Counted from the stretch's first letter, positions 42,128 to 52,707 are shown. The stretch: 64,000 bases of DNA from an uncultured Actinomycetota bacterium (GCA_963718235.1 CAVQYR010000001.1:1248001-1312000); one strand, 5' to 3'. Notes: generated from the letters alone by a model not told the origin. Made by a program: numbers and translations.

Positions 42128-43189
42128 CTACCGAGCCCCCGGGTGGAGCCTCACGACGGTGCCGGTGGTCGCCGAGGTGCGGGCGGCGTCGAGCACACGC
42201 AGCACCTCGACCACGCCACTCGGTTCGACCGGTGGTGTCGCGCCGCGGAGGATCGACGCGGCAACCGCGGGGTAGTAGCGCTCCCAGCAACCGGAGACCA
42301 GCGGCAGGGAGTCGCCCTCGGGCCAAAGGGCCGACGCCCTCGAAGCAGGCTCTGCCCCCCACGTCGGGTCGCCCGGTCGCCTTCCGGCGCGAAGAGCCTC
42401 CTCCTGACCGTCGAGCCCGTGGACCACCCAGCTGCGCTGGTCGCCGAGCACCCGGAAGCGCGGTGCCGGGTCGGCCGCCAGGACGCTGGCCCACGCATGG
42501 CTCACCGACCCGCTGACGTGGGTCAGGGCCACGAACACGTCGTCGTCGGCCGCCGCAGGGATTCTGACCGAGCCGACCTCGGCGTACACCGACTCGACCG
42601 GACCAAGCGCCAGGACCAGCTGGTCCACCAGGTGGCTGCCGAGGTCGTACAGCAGGCCACCCATGGCGACCGGGTCCGAGCGTTCGCGCCACCCACCGCT
42701 GGGGATCGGTCTCCAGCGCTCGAACCGTGACTCGATGCGATGCACGTGACCGAGACGCCCTTCGGCGAGCAGCGACTGGAGGGTCAGGAAGTCGGAGTCC
42801 CAGCGACGGTTCTGGAACACGTGCAGCTGACGCCCGCCGGACCGCGCGTGCTCGAACAGGGACCGGGCGGTCTCGGCGTCGGGTGCCATCGGCTTGTCGA
42901 CGACGACGTGCAGGCCGTGGTCGAGCGCCGCCCGGACCAGCGGGACGTGCGCGATGTTCGCCGTGGCCACGACCGCGAGGTCGAACTCGTCAGCGCGGGC
43001 GAACGCCGCGTCGGCGTCGGGCAGGAGGGTGGCTTCGGGGTGGTCGTCGGCGGCGACAGCAGCGCGCTCCGGGTCACTGGTCACGATGGCCGCCAGCTCG
43101 AGTTCGCTGGCAGCGGAGATGAGTGGCGCATGGAAGACCCGACCGGCCAGCCCGTAGCCGTGGAGCAGGACACGCAGTCGATGCGGCAT
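42128..43189 (-). CDS. Gfo/Idh/MocA oxidoreductase (YdgJ/IolW-like)
   Basis: GYGLAGRVFHAP, HVVVDKP, FQNRRWDSDF, GLLYDLGSHLVDQ. Confidence 0.9.
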   Translation of the reverse strand: MPHRLRVLLHGYGLAGRVFHAPLISAASELELAAIVTSDPERAAVAADDHPEATLLPDADAAFARADEFDLAVVATANIAHVPLVRAALDHGLHVVVDKPMAPDAETARSLFEHARSGGRQLHVFQNRRWDSDFLTLQSLLAEGRLGHVHRIESRFERWRPIPSGGWRERSDPVAMGGLLYDLGSHLVDQLVLALGPVESVYAEVGSVRIPAAADDDVFVALTHVSGSVSHAWASVLAADPAPRFRVLGDQRSWVVHGLDGQEEALRAGRRPGDPTWGAEPASRASALWPEGDSLPLVSGCWERYYPAVAASILRGATPPVEPSGVVEVLRVLDAARTSATTGTVVRLHPGAR

Positions 43190-43229
43190 GCTGACCAGTG
43201 AACACCCGTCGTCGACCTAGGGAGTGCCG

Positions 43230-43967
43230 ATGCCCGCCGAGACACGAGACCTGGCCGGAACCGTGGTGGCCATCACCGGGGCCACGGCCGGTATCGGCGC
43301 CGCCGCGGCACGCCTCCTGGTCGAGGCCGGTGCGAACGTGGCCCTCAACGGCCGTCGCCAGGACCGGTTGGACGCCTTGACGGCCGAGCTCGGTGCGGAC
43401 CGGGTCGTCTCGGTGCCCGGCGACGTCCGGACCCCGGAGGACCACGCTGCGCTGGTTCGCGCCGCACTGGACCGGTGGGGGCGACTCGACTCCGTCGTGC
43501 CGAACGCCGGGATCGGGATGTACGGGAGCATCCTGGACTACCCCGACGACGAGATCGCGCGCATGGTCGACACGAACTTCACCGGCACCGTGTGGTCGGT
43601 GCGGGCCGCGCTCCCGGCCATGCTGGAGACCACTGGTGGCGGCGACGTCGTCATCGTGGCCTCGGTGGCGGGGCTTCGCGGTGGCGGCGACGAGGCGGTG
43701 TACGCCGGCACGAAGTTCGCCCAGGTGGGCCTCGCCGGCGCGCTCGACCGTGAGCTTCGCGAGCGCGGCGTGCGCGTCTCGGCAATCTGCCCGGCCGGTG
43801 TCGAGACCGAGTTCGCCCTCGGTGCCGGCCGCACTGCCGGTGACCCCTCGATGGAGGCGTACCTGCGGCCGGAAGACGTCGCCCACGCGGTGGTCACCGT
43901 GCTGAAGCAGCCACGACGCGTGCGGACCACGCTGTGGGCCCTGTGGTCCATGGGACAGCAGTCCTGA
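43230..43967 (+). CDS. SDR family oxidoreductase (possible pentitol/sugar dehydrogenase)
   Basis: ITGATAGIG, PNAG, ASVAG, YAGTK; 15 nt upstream of xylB (alternative start 43224). Confidence 0.87.
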   Translation: MPAETRDLAGTVVAITGATAGIGAAAARLLVEAGANVALNGRRQDRLDALTAELGADRVVSVPGDVRTPEDHAALVRAALDRWGRLDSVVPNAGIGMYGSILDYPDDEIARMVDTNFTGTVWSVRAALPAMLETTGGGDVVIVASVAGLRGGGDEAVYAGTKFAQVGLAGALDRELRERGVRVSAICPAGVETEFALGAGRTAGDPSMEAYLRPEDVAHAVVTVLKQPRRVRTTLWALWSMGQQS

Positions 43968-43982
43968 CGGACGGGCCGAACC

Positions 43983-45497
43983 TTGAGTGCGAGCGCCGCA
44001 GTCGGACGCGAGTACGTCGTCGGGATCGACGTCTCGACGACGGCCACGAAGGCGGTGCTCGTCGACGAGACGGGTCGGGTCGCGGCGGTCGGGGTCAGCG
44101 AGTACGGCTTCGACACCCCGCGCCCCGGGTGGTCCGAGCAGGACCCGGCGCTGTGGTGGGCGGCCACGCGGCACGCGGTCGGGTCTGCCCTCGATGACGC
44201 CCAGGTCCCAGGGGATGCGGTACGGGCGGTCGGGCTGACCGGCCAGATGCACGGCTCGGTGCTGCTGGACAGCGCCGGCGAGGTCGTGCGTCCGGTGCTG
44301 CTGTGGAACGACCAACGAACTGCGGCGGAGTGCGACGAGATCCGCAGGCTCGTCGGAACCCAGCGGCTGGTCCAGCTGACCGGCAACGACGCGCTCACTG
44401 GTTTCACCGCCCCCAAGCTGCTGTGGGTCCGGCGGCACGAGCCGGGGGAGTGGTCGCGTGTGTCGCACGTCCTCCTGCCCAAGGACTTCGTTCGGCTCCG
44501 GCTCACGGGTGAGTACGCCACCGACGTCGCTGACGCGTCCGGAACCCTGCTCGTCGACGTGACGGCGCGCACCTGGTCGGCGGACGTGCTCTCGGCGTTG
44601 TCGCTCGATCCCGCGTTGCTTCCGAGCCTGTTCGAAGGCCCGGAGGTGACCGGGCTCATCACGGAGGACGCCGCCGCGGCCACGGGTCTGGCGGTCGGCA
44701 CACCAGTCGTGGCAGGAGGTGGCGACCAGGCCGCCAACGCAGTAGGGGTCGGTGCAGTGGCAGGTGGTATTGGCGCACTGTCACTCGGCACATCAGGGGT
44801 GGTGTTCGTCCCCACCGACCGGCCAGTGATCGAGCCTCACGGGCGCGTGCACTCCTTCTGCCACGCCGTGCCCGACACCTGGCACGTCATGGGAGTGATG
44901 CTGTCGGCAGCGGGTTCGCTGCGTTGGTACCGCGACACGGTGGCTCCCGGGGTCCAGTTCGGGTCGCTGGTCGACGAGGCGAGCGGCATCCCGCCGGGGG
45001 CCGAGGGTCTGTGGTTCCTTCCGTACCTGACCGGCGAGCGGACGCCGCACGCAGATCCCAACGCTCGCGGGGCGTTCATCGGACTGACGGTCCGGCACAC
45101 GCGCGCACACCTCACCCGGGCCGTCCTCGAGGGTGTTGCGTTCGGGCTGCGTGGTGGGCTCGAGCTGATGGTGTCGGCAGGCGTCGCGCGGCCTGAGGAG
45201 TTCCGGGCCTCCGGGGGTGGGACCAAGAGCCCGCTGTGGCGACAGATCGTGGCTGATGTGCTCGGGGTCCGGCTCAGCCTCACGCAGACAGCCGAGGGTG
45301 CGGCCTACGGCGCAGCCGTCCTGGCCGGGGTGGGTGCCGGTTGGGGTTCGAGCGTCCCGGAGCTGGCGGGAGCCTTCGTGCATGTCGAAGGCCCGGCGAC
45401 CGACCCGGTCTCCACGGGCGCGTACGAGGGACCGTACGCGTCGTTCCAAGGTCTGTACCCGGCGCTCGCGCCGACCTTCTCGGCGCTCGACGCCTGA
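43983..45497 (+). CDS. xylB: Xylulokinase
   Basis: GIDVSTT, GWSEQDP, GLTGQMHG, LWNDQR, GFTAPK, GGGDQAA, LPYLTGERTPH. Confidence 0.92.
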   Translation: MSASAAVGREYVVGIDVSTTATKAVLVDETGRVAAVGVSEYGFDTPRPGWSEQDPALWWAATRHAVGSALDDAQVPGDAVRAVGLTGQMHGSVLLDSAGEVVRPVLLWNDQRTAAECDEIRRLVGTQRLVQLTGNDALTGFTAPKLLWVRRHEPGEWSRVSHVLLPKDFVRLRLTGEYATDVADASGTLLVDVTARTWSADVLSALSLDPALLPSLFEGPEVTGLITEDAAAATGLAVGTPVVAGGGDQAANAVGVGAVAGGIGALSLGTSGVVFVPTDRPVIEPHGRVHSFCHAVPDTWHVMGVMLSAAGSLRWYRDTVAPGVQFGSLVDEASGIPPGAEGLWFLPYLTGERTPHADPNARGAFIGLTVRHTRAHLTRAVLEGVAFGLRGGLELMVSAGVARPEEFRASGGGTKSPLWRQIVADVLGVRLSLTQTAEGAAYGAAVLAGVGAGWGSSVPELAGAFVHVEGPATDPVSTGAYEGPYASFQGLYPALAPTFSALDA

Positions 45498-45525
45498 CGA
45501 GGCCCCGCCGCTCGCCTGACCCGGG

Positions 45526-47211
45526 TCACCCGGTGGAGGGTGTCCAGATCTCAGCGTCGGTCGCGCCGCGCGCGAGCAGGGCGAACTGGTTGGCATCCAC
45601 GGTCACCCACGGGCCGGTCTCTCCATCGGGCCACTCCACGCGCACGTCGACCTGGTCGGCGTCGCCCAGACCCAGATGGACCCACCCGAGCTGCCCACTC
45701 GCATGGCCGCCACCGATCGTCAGCTGGCGGCTGACCGTGCCGGCGTCGGTGCGCATCTCGAGCCATGCGCCGACCGCATCGCGGTTGCTGCCGGGCTGGT
45801 GCAGTCGCAGCGCAGCCCAGTTCCCCATGGGCTCGGGGTTGGCCTTGTCCCCGGAGCCCACGTTGCGCCACAACCGCACGTTCTCGCCACGGTTGACCTC
45901 GACGAGGTCGAGCATCCCGTCGAGGTTGAAGTCGGCCAGGGCCGCCCCTCGGCCTCGCCCGAAGCTCACGATCCCGGCCTCCCTGGCGCTCTCGGTGAAG
46001 GTGCCATCGGTGTTGCCCAGGAGCAGGTTGCTCGGATCCTCGGCAGCGTGGTCGGCCTGGGCATCGACGTTGCCCTTGGAGATGAACAGGTCGATGACCC
46101 CGTCGTTGTTCACGTCGGCGAACTCCGGGTGCCAAGCGGTCGAGGGGAGGAGAGGGTCGCCCATGAAGGGTCGGTGCGCGGTCACGCCGCGGCGGATGGC
46201 GATGTCCCCGTACGTCGGCCGCTCCGGACCGTCGGTGAGGGTCTGCAGTCTGTTGTCGCCCTGGCTGGTGATGAAGACCTCCGGGAGGCCGTCTCCGGTC
46301 ACGTCGTAGGTGGCGATGCCCATGCCCCAGATCTGCAGCGGCTGCCAGCCCTCCTCGAGGGTGTAGGGGCGCGGCGCCTCACCGCCGTCGACCCGCCACA
46401 GCTGCTCCTGTCCATCGGTGTAGTAATGGCGGTCGTTGGCCATCCGCAGGTCGTGCCGGCCAGTGTGGTTCCAGTCGGCGAAGAGGATCGACAGCGTGCA
46501 CAGCCCCGGTGCCAGCGTGATCGGTGGTCGGTAGCCAGCCCCGTCCGCGGCCGGTCGGTACATCGCACTGTCCGTGCAGCCGCGGGCGTTCTGCTTGTCC
46601 GCCTTCACGTCGAGGTAGTTGCCGAAGGCGAGAGTCGGTAGCGCGGTCGGGTCCTCCCAGGTGGCCGAGAACGCGTCCGTCCAGGCCTTGCCGCCGTCGA
46701 AGGCCCACGTCTCGTTGGCCCGCTCGAACCGACAGCCGCCCAGCCCTCGCAGCAGCACGTTCTCGCCGACCCGCAGCACGGCCAGGTCGAGGTTCCCGTC
46801 GGCGTCGATGTCGATCGGGTACGCGCCGGTGACCTCGGTGAGGTCGGTTGCGGCGTCGGGCACCTCGCTGAACCTGAGCTCGCCGCCGACCGAGCTGTCG
46901 TTGTGGAACAGGGCGGCGGGCTCCTCGCCACCCGCCAGGTAGAGGTCCGGGCGACCGTCGTCGTCGCAGTCGAACGTGGCGACCCCTCCACCGACGTAGA
47001 ACCTGAAGTCGCCGTCGTACACGTGCCGGATGCCAGAGGCGCTGGTCTCCTCGACGAAGCGAGGGGGACTGGCCGCTGACGGCTCCTCGGCGGCAAGGGG
47101 GCCGACCGCCACGACGAAAGCGGCGGCGCCGGCGAGGCAGCCGGCGAGGATCCCGCCCAGGAACCATCGGACACCCCCTGCCCGGCGCGAGACCGGCGGC
47201 AGCTCGCTCAT
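45526..47211 (-). CDS. CRTAC1-family FG-GAP/VCBS beta-propeller + ASPIC/UnbV protein, N-terminal TM or signal
   Basis: Repeated DxDxDGxxD motifs (DCDDDGRPD, DIDADGNLD, DVNNDGVID, DFNLDGMLD); NRDAVGA...GGGHASGQ...HLGLG; ATGA overlap. Confidence 0.88.
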   Translation of the reverse strand: MSELPPVSRRAGGVRWFLGGILAGCLAGAAAFVVAVGPLAAEEPSAASPPRFVEETSASGIRHVYDGDFRFYVGGGVATFDCDDDGRPDLYLAGGEEPAALFHNDSSVGGELRFSEVPDAATDLTEVTGAYPIDIDADGNLDLAVLRVGENVLLRGLGGCRFERANETWAFDGGKAWTDAFSATWEDPTALPTLAFGNYLDVKADKQNARGCTDSAMYRPAADGAGYRPPITLAPGLCTLSILFADWNHTGRHDLRMANDRHYYTDGQEQLWRVDGGEAPRPYTLEEGWQPLQIWGMGIATYDVTGDGLPEVFITSQGDNRLQTLTDGPERPTYGDIAIRRGVTAHRPFMGDPLLPSTAWHPEFADVNNDGVIDLFISKGNVDAQADHAAEDPSNLLLGNTDGTFTESAREAGIVSFGRGRGAALADFNLDGMLDLVEVNRGENVRLWRNVGSGDKANPEPMGNWAALRLHQPGSNRDAVGAWLEMRTDAGTVSRQLTIGGGHASGQLGWVHLGLGDADQVDVRVEWPDGETGPWVTVDANQFALLARGATDAEIWTPSTG

Positions 47212-49073
47212 CTGGACTCCCCGAAGTACGTCTGGGCCTTGGCCCAGGCAGCCTTCCCGCACGCGCTGCCGATGGCCCGACCCTCGAGGTCGTCGGCCCG
47301 CACGTGAATACCGCCGTAGAGCCGGGAGATGCCTGCCTGGTCCGACGCGTCTGCGTAGGTCGCCGACTGGAGCACGACGTCCTTGGTCGGCCCAGCCTCG
47401 AACTCCAGCGATCCGGCGGGAATGGTCCAGCTGAAGAGTCCGCCCGGGAAGTACTCGCTGCCGGTCATCGCGGTCAGCACCTCTGCGGCAGCCCGGCTGA
47501 ACGTGCTGTGTCCGGACACGTAGGCCGCGAACGCCGGGGTCACGAAGGTGTCCCGCTGGTAGGGCACCCAGTCAACCGCTCGGATCCAGTCGACCCCGCC
47601 GGTCTGGGTCTCCGGGTCGTCCGGAGTGCCGGTCCACGAGCGCACCGCGATCTCGCCCTCGTGGCCGGCCAGCTCCTCGTGCCGGTGCCCGGGCCGGGTC
47701 GTCCTCGACGTGACCAGCTCGACCAGCCCCGGCACGAGCGGAAGACCCTCGCGGTCGTAGGAGGGAAGGCTCGGGTCGCTCGACTGACCCAACCCACCCA
47801 GGTAGCGGATCATCGAGATCGGACGGGACGTGTCGTAGAAGCCCTTTACCCCCCAGGCGGCGACGGCCGCGTCGTGCGTCGCGCCGTTGAGCGCGAAGTA
47901 GAGCTCCACGTCCCACTGCAGGCGATCGACCGTCGGTCCTGAACCACCGATCCGCAGCTCAGGGGCGAGCTGGTCGGACACGGCGTTGGCGATGGTGTTC
48001 CAGTGGCCGGGTGGTGTCTCGGACTTCGGGCCGTCGGCCCAGAACTCGGCGACCGCACGTCCGAAGTCGGCCTGGTTCACCGGGTTGGGCGGGTAGGGCT
48101 CCCCGGTCACCGGGTTCAGCGGATGCCCAGTTCCGTCGTACGTACCCAGAGGGTTGGCGCCGAGTGAACCGGGTGACGCGTCGACCACGACCCCTTGGTT
48201 CGGGTCGAGCTCGCTGCTGAGCCGGATCACCTCGACGGCGGCCTCCTTGAACGCGCCGTCACTGCTCGGGTCCTCCAAGCGAGGCGGCGGTCCGGGGTCG
48301 ATCGGGAGGCCCTCGTCGCCGCCGTCCGGAAGGGCGAAGCCGGTGACGCGACCCCACTGGGTGCCGATGGCCTTCTGGACGTTGTCCTCGGCAGGGATCC
48401 CGTTCTGTGAGGTCAGCTGCTCGATCTGGAGCGGCTGCCAACGGTTGGGGTCGGTCATCGTCGTCCCGGGCTTGGCCACGACGAGGGGCGGGTTGACGGG
48501 GACGTAGTCCGGATTGGTGTATCGGCCGGCCTCGTTGGAGCCGTCGTCGACTCCGGACGCGAGCACCGCGGCGGCGATCCGGTTGCCGAGTGCGGCCGGG
48601 CTGTCCCCCTCCGTGGTGTCCACGTCGGTCGAGTAGCACATCGACGTCATCAGGGCATCGAAGGCCGGGATCGAGTCCGACGCGCCGACCGCACCCAGGT
48701 AGCGGGACTCGAGCACGCGGTACGCGGCATAGCTGATCGCCTCGTCTCGGGCGGCAGCCACGTCGGCGGCATCGTGCTTCTCGTCCAGGAAGTAGCCGCG
48801 TGCCTGGGGGTCGTAGGCGGCCCAGGCGTCCCACATCGCCGCCGAGACGTGGAAGAGGTTGCGGGCGTGGACCGGCGGGTTCGGGATGTCACGGCGGATC
48901 GCGTCCAACGTGGCCTCGTCCCACGCACGGGCCACCGACCACTCCGGGTGGCTCGCCGCGCAGTCCGGCTCCTCAGATGCGTCTCGGGCCAGGGAGAGCC
49001 CGCCGAACGCGAACGCAAACCCGAGGACGGCACCGAGGACCGAAGCCGCACCGCGCTTGGCGCCGTTGCTCAC
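47208..49073 (-). CDS. Secreted vanadium-dependent haloperoxidase-like (PAP2 superfamily) protein
   Basis: K-x6-RP (KGFYDTSRP), YVSGHST, SRLYGGIH; SVARAWDE..LDAIRRD.P.P..HARNLFH; FWADGP.SETPPGHW; hydrophobic N-terminus. Confidence 0.85.
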   Translation of the reverse strand: MSNGAKRGAASVLGAVLGFAFAFGGLSLARDASEEPDCAASHPEWSVARAWDEATLDAIRRDIPNPPVHARNLFHVSAAMWDAWAAYDPQARGYFLDEKHDAADVAAARDEAISYAAYRVLESRYLGAVGASDSIPAFDALMTSMCYSTDVDTTEGDSPAALGNRIAAAVLASGVDDGSNEAGRYTNPDYVPVNPPLVVAKPGTTMTDPNRWQPLQIEQLTSQNGIPAEDNVQKAIGTQWGRVTGFALPDGGDEGLPIDPGPPPRLEDPSSDGAFKEAAVEVIRLSSELDPNQGVVVDASPGSLGANPLGTYDGTGHPLNPVTGEPYPPNPVNQADFGRAVAEFWADGPKSETPPGHWNTIANAVSDQLAPELRIGGSGPTVDRLQWDVELYFALNGATHDAAVAAWGVKGFYDTSRPISMIRYLGGLGQSSDPSLPSYDREGLPLVPGLVELVTSRTTRPGHRHEELAGHEGEIAVRSWTGTPDDPETQTGGVDWIRAVDWVPYQRDTFVTPAFAAYVSGHSTFSRAAAEVLTAMTGSEYFPGGLFSWTIPAGSLEFEAGPTKDVVLQSATYADASDQAGISRLYGGIHVRADDLEGRAIGSACGKAAWAKAQTYFGESR

Positions 49074-49323
49074 GCTGACCTTCCGAGACCTGTTCGGAGA
49101 CCCTGTCCGACGGACATGATTCTGTCTCATCGGAGGGACGGTCGAGCCCCTCGGCGGCGGACCGGCGCACCCACCACGTCGCGGGCGCGCTCAGGGTGAC
49201 CCCAACGAAACCATTCCGTTACGCGAAGGGGACGTTTGGCCCGAGTTGCAAGGGGGGTCCTCGTCGCTAGGGTGAGGGCGTTGATCAACTGTGGTCACCA
49301 GACTCGGAAATGGAGGAGCAGCC

Positions 49324-50460
49324 TTGTCGAAGCTTCGATACTTCGTGCTGCTACCCGTTGCTGCGCTCGCGCTTGCCGCCTGCAGCAGCGACGACGGCGG
49401 AGGCGGCGGTGATACGACTGCGGCGGCAGAAGGAATCACGGTCGGGGTCTCCTGGAACAACTTCAACGAACCACGCTGGGCCAAGGCCGACGAGCCGGCC
49501 ATGCAGGAGAAGCTGACCGAGCTCGGTGCCGAGTACATCTCGACCGACGCCGGATCGTCAGCGGACCAGCAGCTCACCGACGTCGAGAACCTGATCACCC
49601 AGGGTGCTGACGTGCTGATCATCCTGGCCCAGGACGGCACGGCGATCCTGCCGGCGGTTCAGAGCGCGACCGACCAGGGGATCCCGGTGATCAGCTACGA
49701 CCGGCTCATCGAGGATCCCAACTCCTTCTACCTGACGTTCGACAACGTCGAGGTCGGTCGGATGCAGGCCCAGGCCATCTACGACCTGGTCCCCAAGGGC
49801 AACTACGTGTTCATCAAGGGCAACGCGGCTGACGCCAACGCAGACTTCCTGCGCGGCGGGCAGGAGGAGGTCCTGACCAAGGCGACCGGGTGCAAGGAGC
49901 TCAAGCCGCCGTGCGACATCGTCAACGTCGGCGAGTCCTACACGGACAACTGGGAACCGGCGGTCGCCCAGACGAACATGGAGCAGTTCCTGACCAAGAA
50001 CAACAACAACGTCGACGCAGTGGTGGCCTCGAACGACGGCATGGCCGGCGGCGTGGTGGCAGCACTGGAGGCCCAGGGCCTCGCCGGTGACGTTCCGGTG
50101 TCTGGCCAGGACGGTGACGCTCCGGCACTCAACCGGGTCGCGCTCGGCACCCAGGCGGTCGACGTCTGGAAGAACGCCTTCGAGCTCGGCAAGGCGGCAG
50201 CGGAGATCGCCGTCCAGCTGGCTGACGGCACCGCGCTCGCGGACGTCTCGATCACCAGCGACCTGGGTGACACCGCCCCGGCCGCAGGTCCTGACGCCCA
50301 GCCGTTCACCACTCCAGAAGGCAACGAGGTCTCGTCGCTCATCCTGACCCCGATCCCGATCACCCAGGACAACCTCAACGTCCCGGTCGATGCGGGTTGG
50401 ATCACCCAGGAGGAGCTCTGCCAGGGCGTCAAGGCCGGCTCTGTGGCGGCCTGCCCGTAG
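49324..50460 (+). CDS. xylF: D-xylose-type ABC substrate-binding lipoprotein
   Basis: Lipobox LAAC, GVSWNNF.E.RW, ISYDRLI, FDNVEVG, NDGMAGG, SGQDGD; GGAGGAG SD. Confidence 0.85.
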   Translation: MSKLRYFVLLPVAALALAACSSDDGGGGGDTTAAAEGITVGVSWNNFNEPRWAKADEPAMQEKLTELGAEYISTDAGSSADQQLTDVENLITQGADVLIILAQDGTAILPAVQSATDQGIPVISYDRLIEDPNSFYLTFDNVEVGRMQAQAIYDLVPKGNYVFIKGNAADANADFLRGGQEEVLTKATGCKELKPPCDIVNVGESYTDNWEPAVAQTNMEQFLTKNNNNVDAVVASNDGMAGGVVAALEAQGLAGDVPVSGQDGDAPALNRVALGTQAVDVWKNAFELGKAAAEIAVQLADGTALADVSITSDLGDTAPAAGPDAQPFTTPEGNEVSSLILTPIPITQDNLNVPVDAGWITQEELCQGVKAGSVAACP

Positions 50461-50490
50461 GTCATCACCGATGACCAGCTCGTAGATCGA

Positions 50491-50534
50491 TCTGTGCGGT
50501 GCTGGCGGACCAGGGTTCGCCAGCACCGCACAGA
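50491..50534 (+). other. 20-bp stem-loop after the binding-protein gene (mRNA stabiliser or attenuator)
   Basis: TCTGTGCGGTGCTGGCGGAC-cagg-GTTCGCCAGCACCGCACAGA. Confidence 0.75.
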
Positions 50535-50555
50535 ACCACGAACGGAGGGTGCTCC

Positions 50556-51873
50556 TTGAGCGACGCGTCTACAGTTGCGGCTCCGGTTGAGCAGGGCGAG
50601 CCCAGCAAGCGCAGGGGCGCCTCCGCAGTGCTGCGCTCGATGGAGCTGGACCCCCGGCTGTTCGGGATGCTCATCGCGCTGGCGGTCATCTGGATCGTGT
50701 TCGACATCTGGTCCGGCGGCACGTTCCTGTCGCCACGGAACCTGTGGAACCTGTCGGTGCAGACCGCCGTCGTCGGAATCATGACGACCGGAATGGTGCT
50801 GGTCATCGTCACCCGCAACATCGACCTGTCGATCGGCTCGATGCTGGCCGTGATCGGCATGTTCATGGGGCTCCTGCAGGCCGAGTGGCTGCCCAAGTGG
50901 ATCGGGTTCGACCACCCCTTCACCTGGTTGATCTCCTTGGCCGCGGGGATCGCGCTCGGGGCGGCGATCGGGGCCTTCCAGGGGTCGCTCGTCGCCTATG
51001 CAGGCGTGCCGGCCTTCATCGTCACGCTGGGCGGGCTGCTGGTCTGGCGTGGTGTGGCCTGGTGGATGGCCTCGGGCCGGACGATCGCGCCGATGGACAC
51101 CAACTTCCAGCTCCTCGGCGGTGGCTCCAAGGGCACCATCGGCGGCACCTGGACCTGGATCATCGCGGTGGTCGCCTGTCTGGGCATCGTGCTGTTCCTC
51201 GTGAGCAGTCGACGACGACGCAAGAAGTTCGGGTTCACCCTGCGCCCCGTGTGGGCCGACGTCACCATCGCCATCGTGGGGTGCGTGGCGGTGATCGTCT
51301 CCGCGTGGGTGATCAACTCCTACCCCATGCCGCCGGCACTGGCCCGCCAGTACGCCGAGGACAACGGGATCGCCTGGCCAGAGGGTGGCCTGGAGATCCC
51401 CCTCGGTCTGGCCAACCCGGTGCTGATCTTGATCGTGGTCGGGCCTGGTGATGACCTTCGTCGCCACCCGGCTGAGCTTCGGGCGCTACGTGTTCGCCAT
51501 CGGTGGCAACCCGGAGGCCGCCGAGCTGAGCGGGATCAAGACCCGCTGGACGATCGTGCGGGTGTTCATGGTGATGGGCATCCTGGTCGCCATCGCCGCA
51601 GCCGTGTCGACCGCCCGGCTCAACGCCGCCACGAGCGGCCTCGGGCAGCTGGCCGAGCTGTACGTCATCGCGGCCGCGGTCATCGGCGGTACCTCCCTGG
51701 CCGGGGGCATCGGCACCATCCCTGGCGCCATGCTCGGCGCCCTGGTCGCGCAGTCGCTGCAGTCGGGCATGGTGCTGATCGGGGTCGACGCGCCGGTCCA
51801 GGACATCGTCGTCGGTGTCGTGCTGGTGTTCGCGGTGGCTCTTGACTCCCTCTACCGACGGAGGTTGACATGA
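50556..51873 (+). CDS. xylH: Xylose ABC permease, frameshift near 51442
   Basis: [70 protein letters not shown]. Confidence 0.85.
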
Positions 51874-52668
51874 CGGCAGAGTTGGCTGCTGAGCCTATCC
51901 AGCCCCTAGTGGAGATGCGTGACATCCGGGTGGCGTTCGGTGGGGTCCACGCCGTCGACGGCGTCACCGTCGACCTGTTCCCGGGCGAGGTGGTCGCGCT
52001 GGTCGGCGGCAACGGCGCCGGCAAGACCACGCTGATCAAGACCCTGTCCGGGGCGCACAAGGCCGACTCCGGCCAGATCATCGTCAACGGGGAAGAGGTG
52101 ACCATCAACAACCCCCGCGACGCCCAGCTGCTGGGTGTCGAGACGATCTACCAGACCCTCGCCCTTGCCGACAACATCGACGCCCCGTCGAACATCTTCC
52201 TCGGCCGCGAGGTGCGCACCCGGTGGCGGACCCTGGACGACACGGCCATGGAGGACGCCAGCCGCAAGCTGATGGGGCGGCTCAACCCCGGTTCCGCAAC
52301 TTCACCGCCCCGGTGAGCTCACTGTCGGGTGGACAGCGGCAGTCGGTGGCGATCGCCCGGGCCGTTCACTTCAACGCCCGCATCCTGATCATGGACGAGC
52401 CCACCGCCGCCCTCGGCCCGGCTGAGACCGAGCAGGTGCGCGACCTGATCCGTCAGCTGAAGAAGGAAGGCATCGGGATCTTCCTGATCAGCCACGACAT
52501 CCACGACGTGTTCGACCTGTCCGACCGGATCAGCGTGATGCTGCAGGGCAAGCTCGTCGGCACCGTCAACAAGTCCGACGTCACCAGGACGAGGTGCTGG
52601 CGATGATCATCGCCGGCAAGAAGCCCGGCGAAGTGACTGCCAAGGACATCGAGCAGCTGCACCTCTAG
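51870..52668 (+). CDS. xylG: Sugar ABC ATPase (single domain), frameshifts near 52288 and 52586
   Basis: [35 protein letters not shown]; tail [11 protein letters not shown]...HL*. Confidence 0.82.
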
Positions 52669-52707
52669 CGGACACCGTCGTCCCTGGCGCTCGAGGTTTG
52701 CTCACGG

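Noticed and set aside
51440-52590. Programmed frameshifting in xylH/xylG (also ku and ligD)
   Set aside because: No slippery heptamers or stimulatory structures seen; scattered indels are better explained by sequencing error
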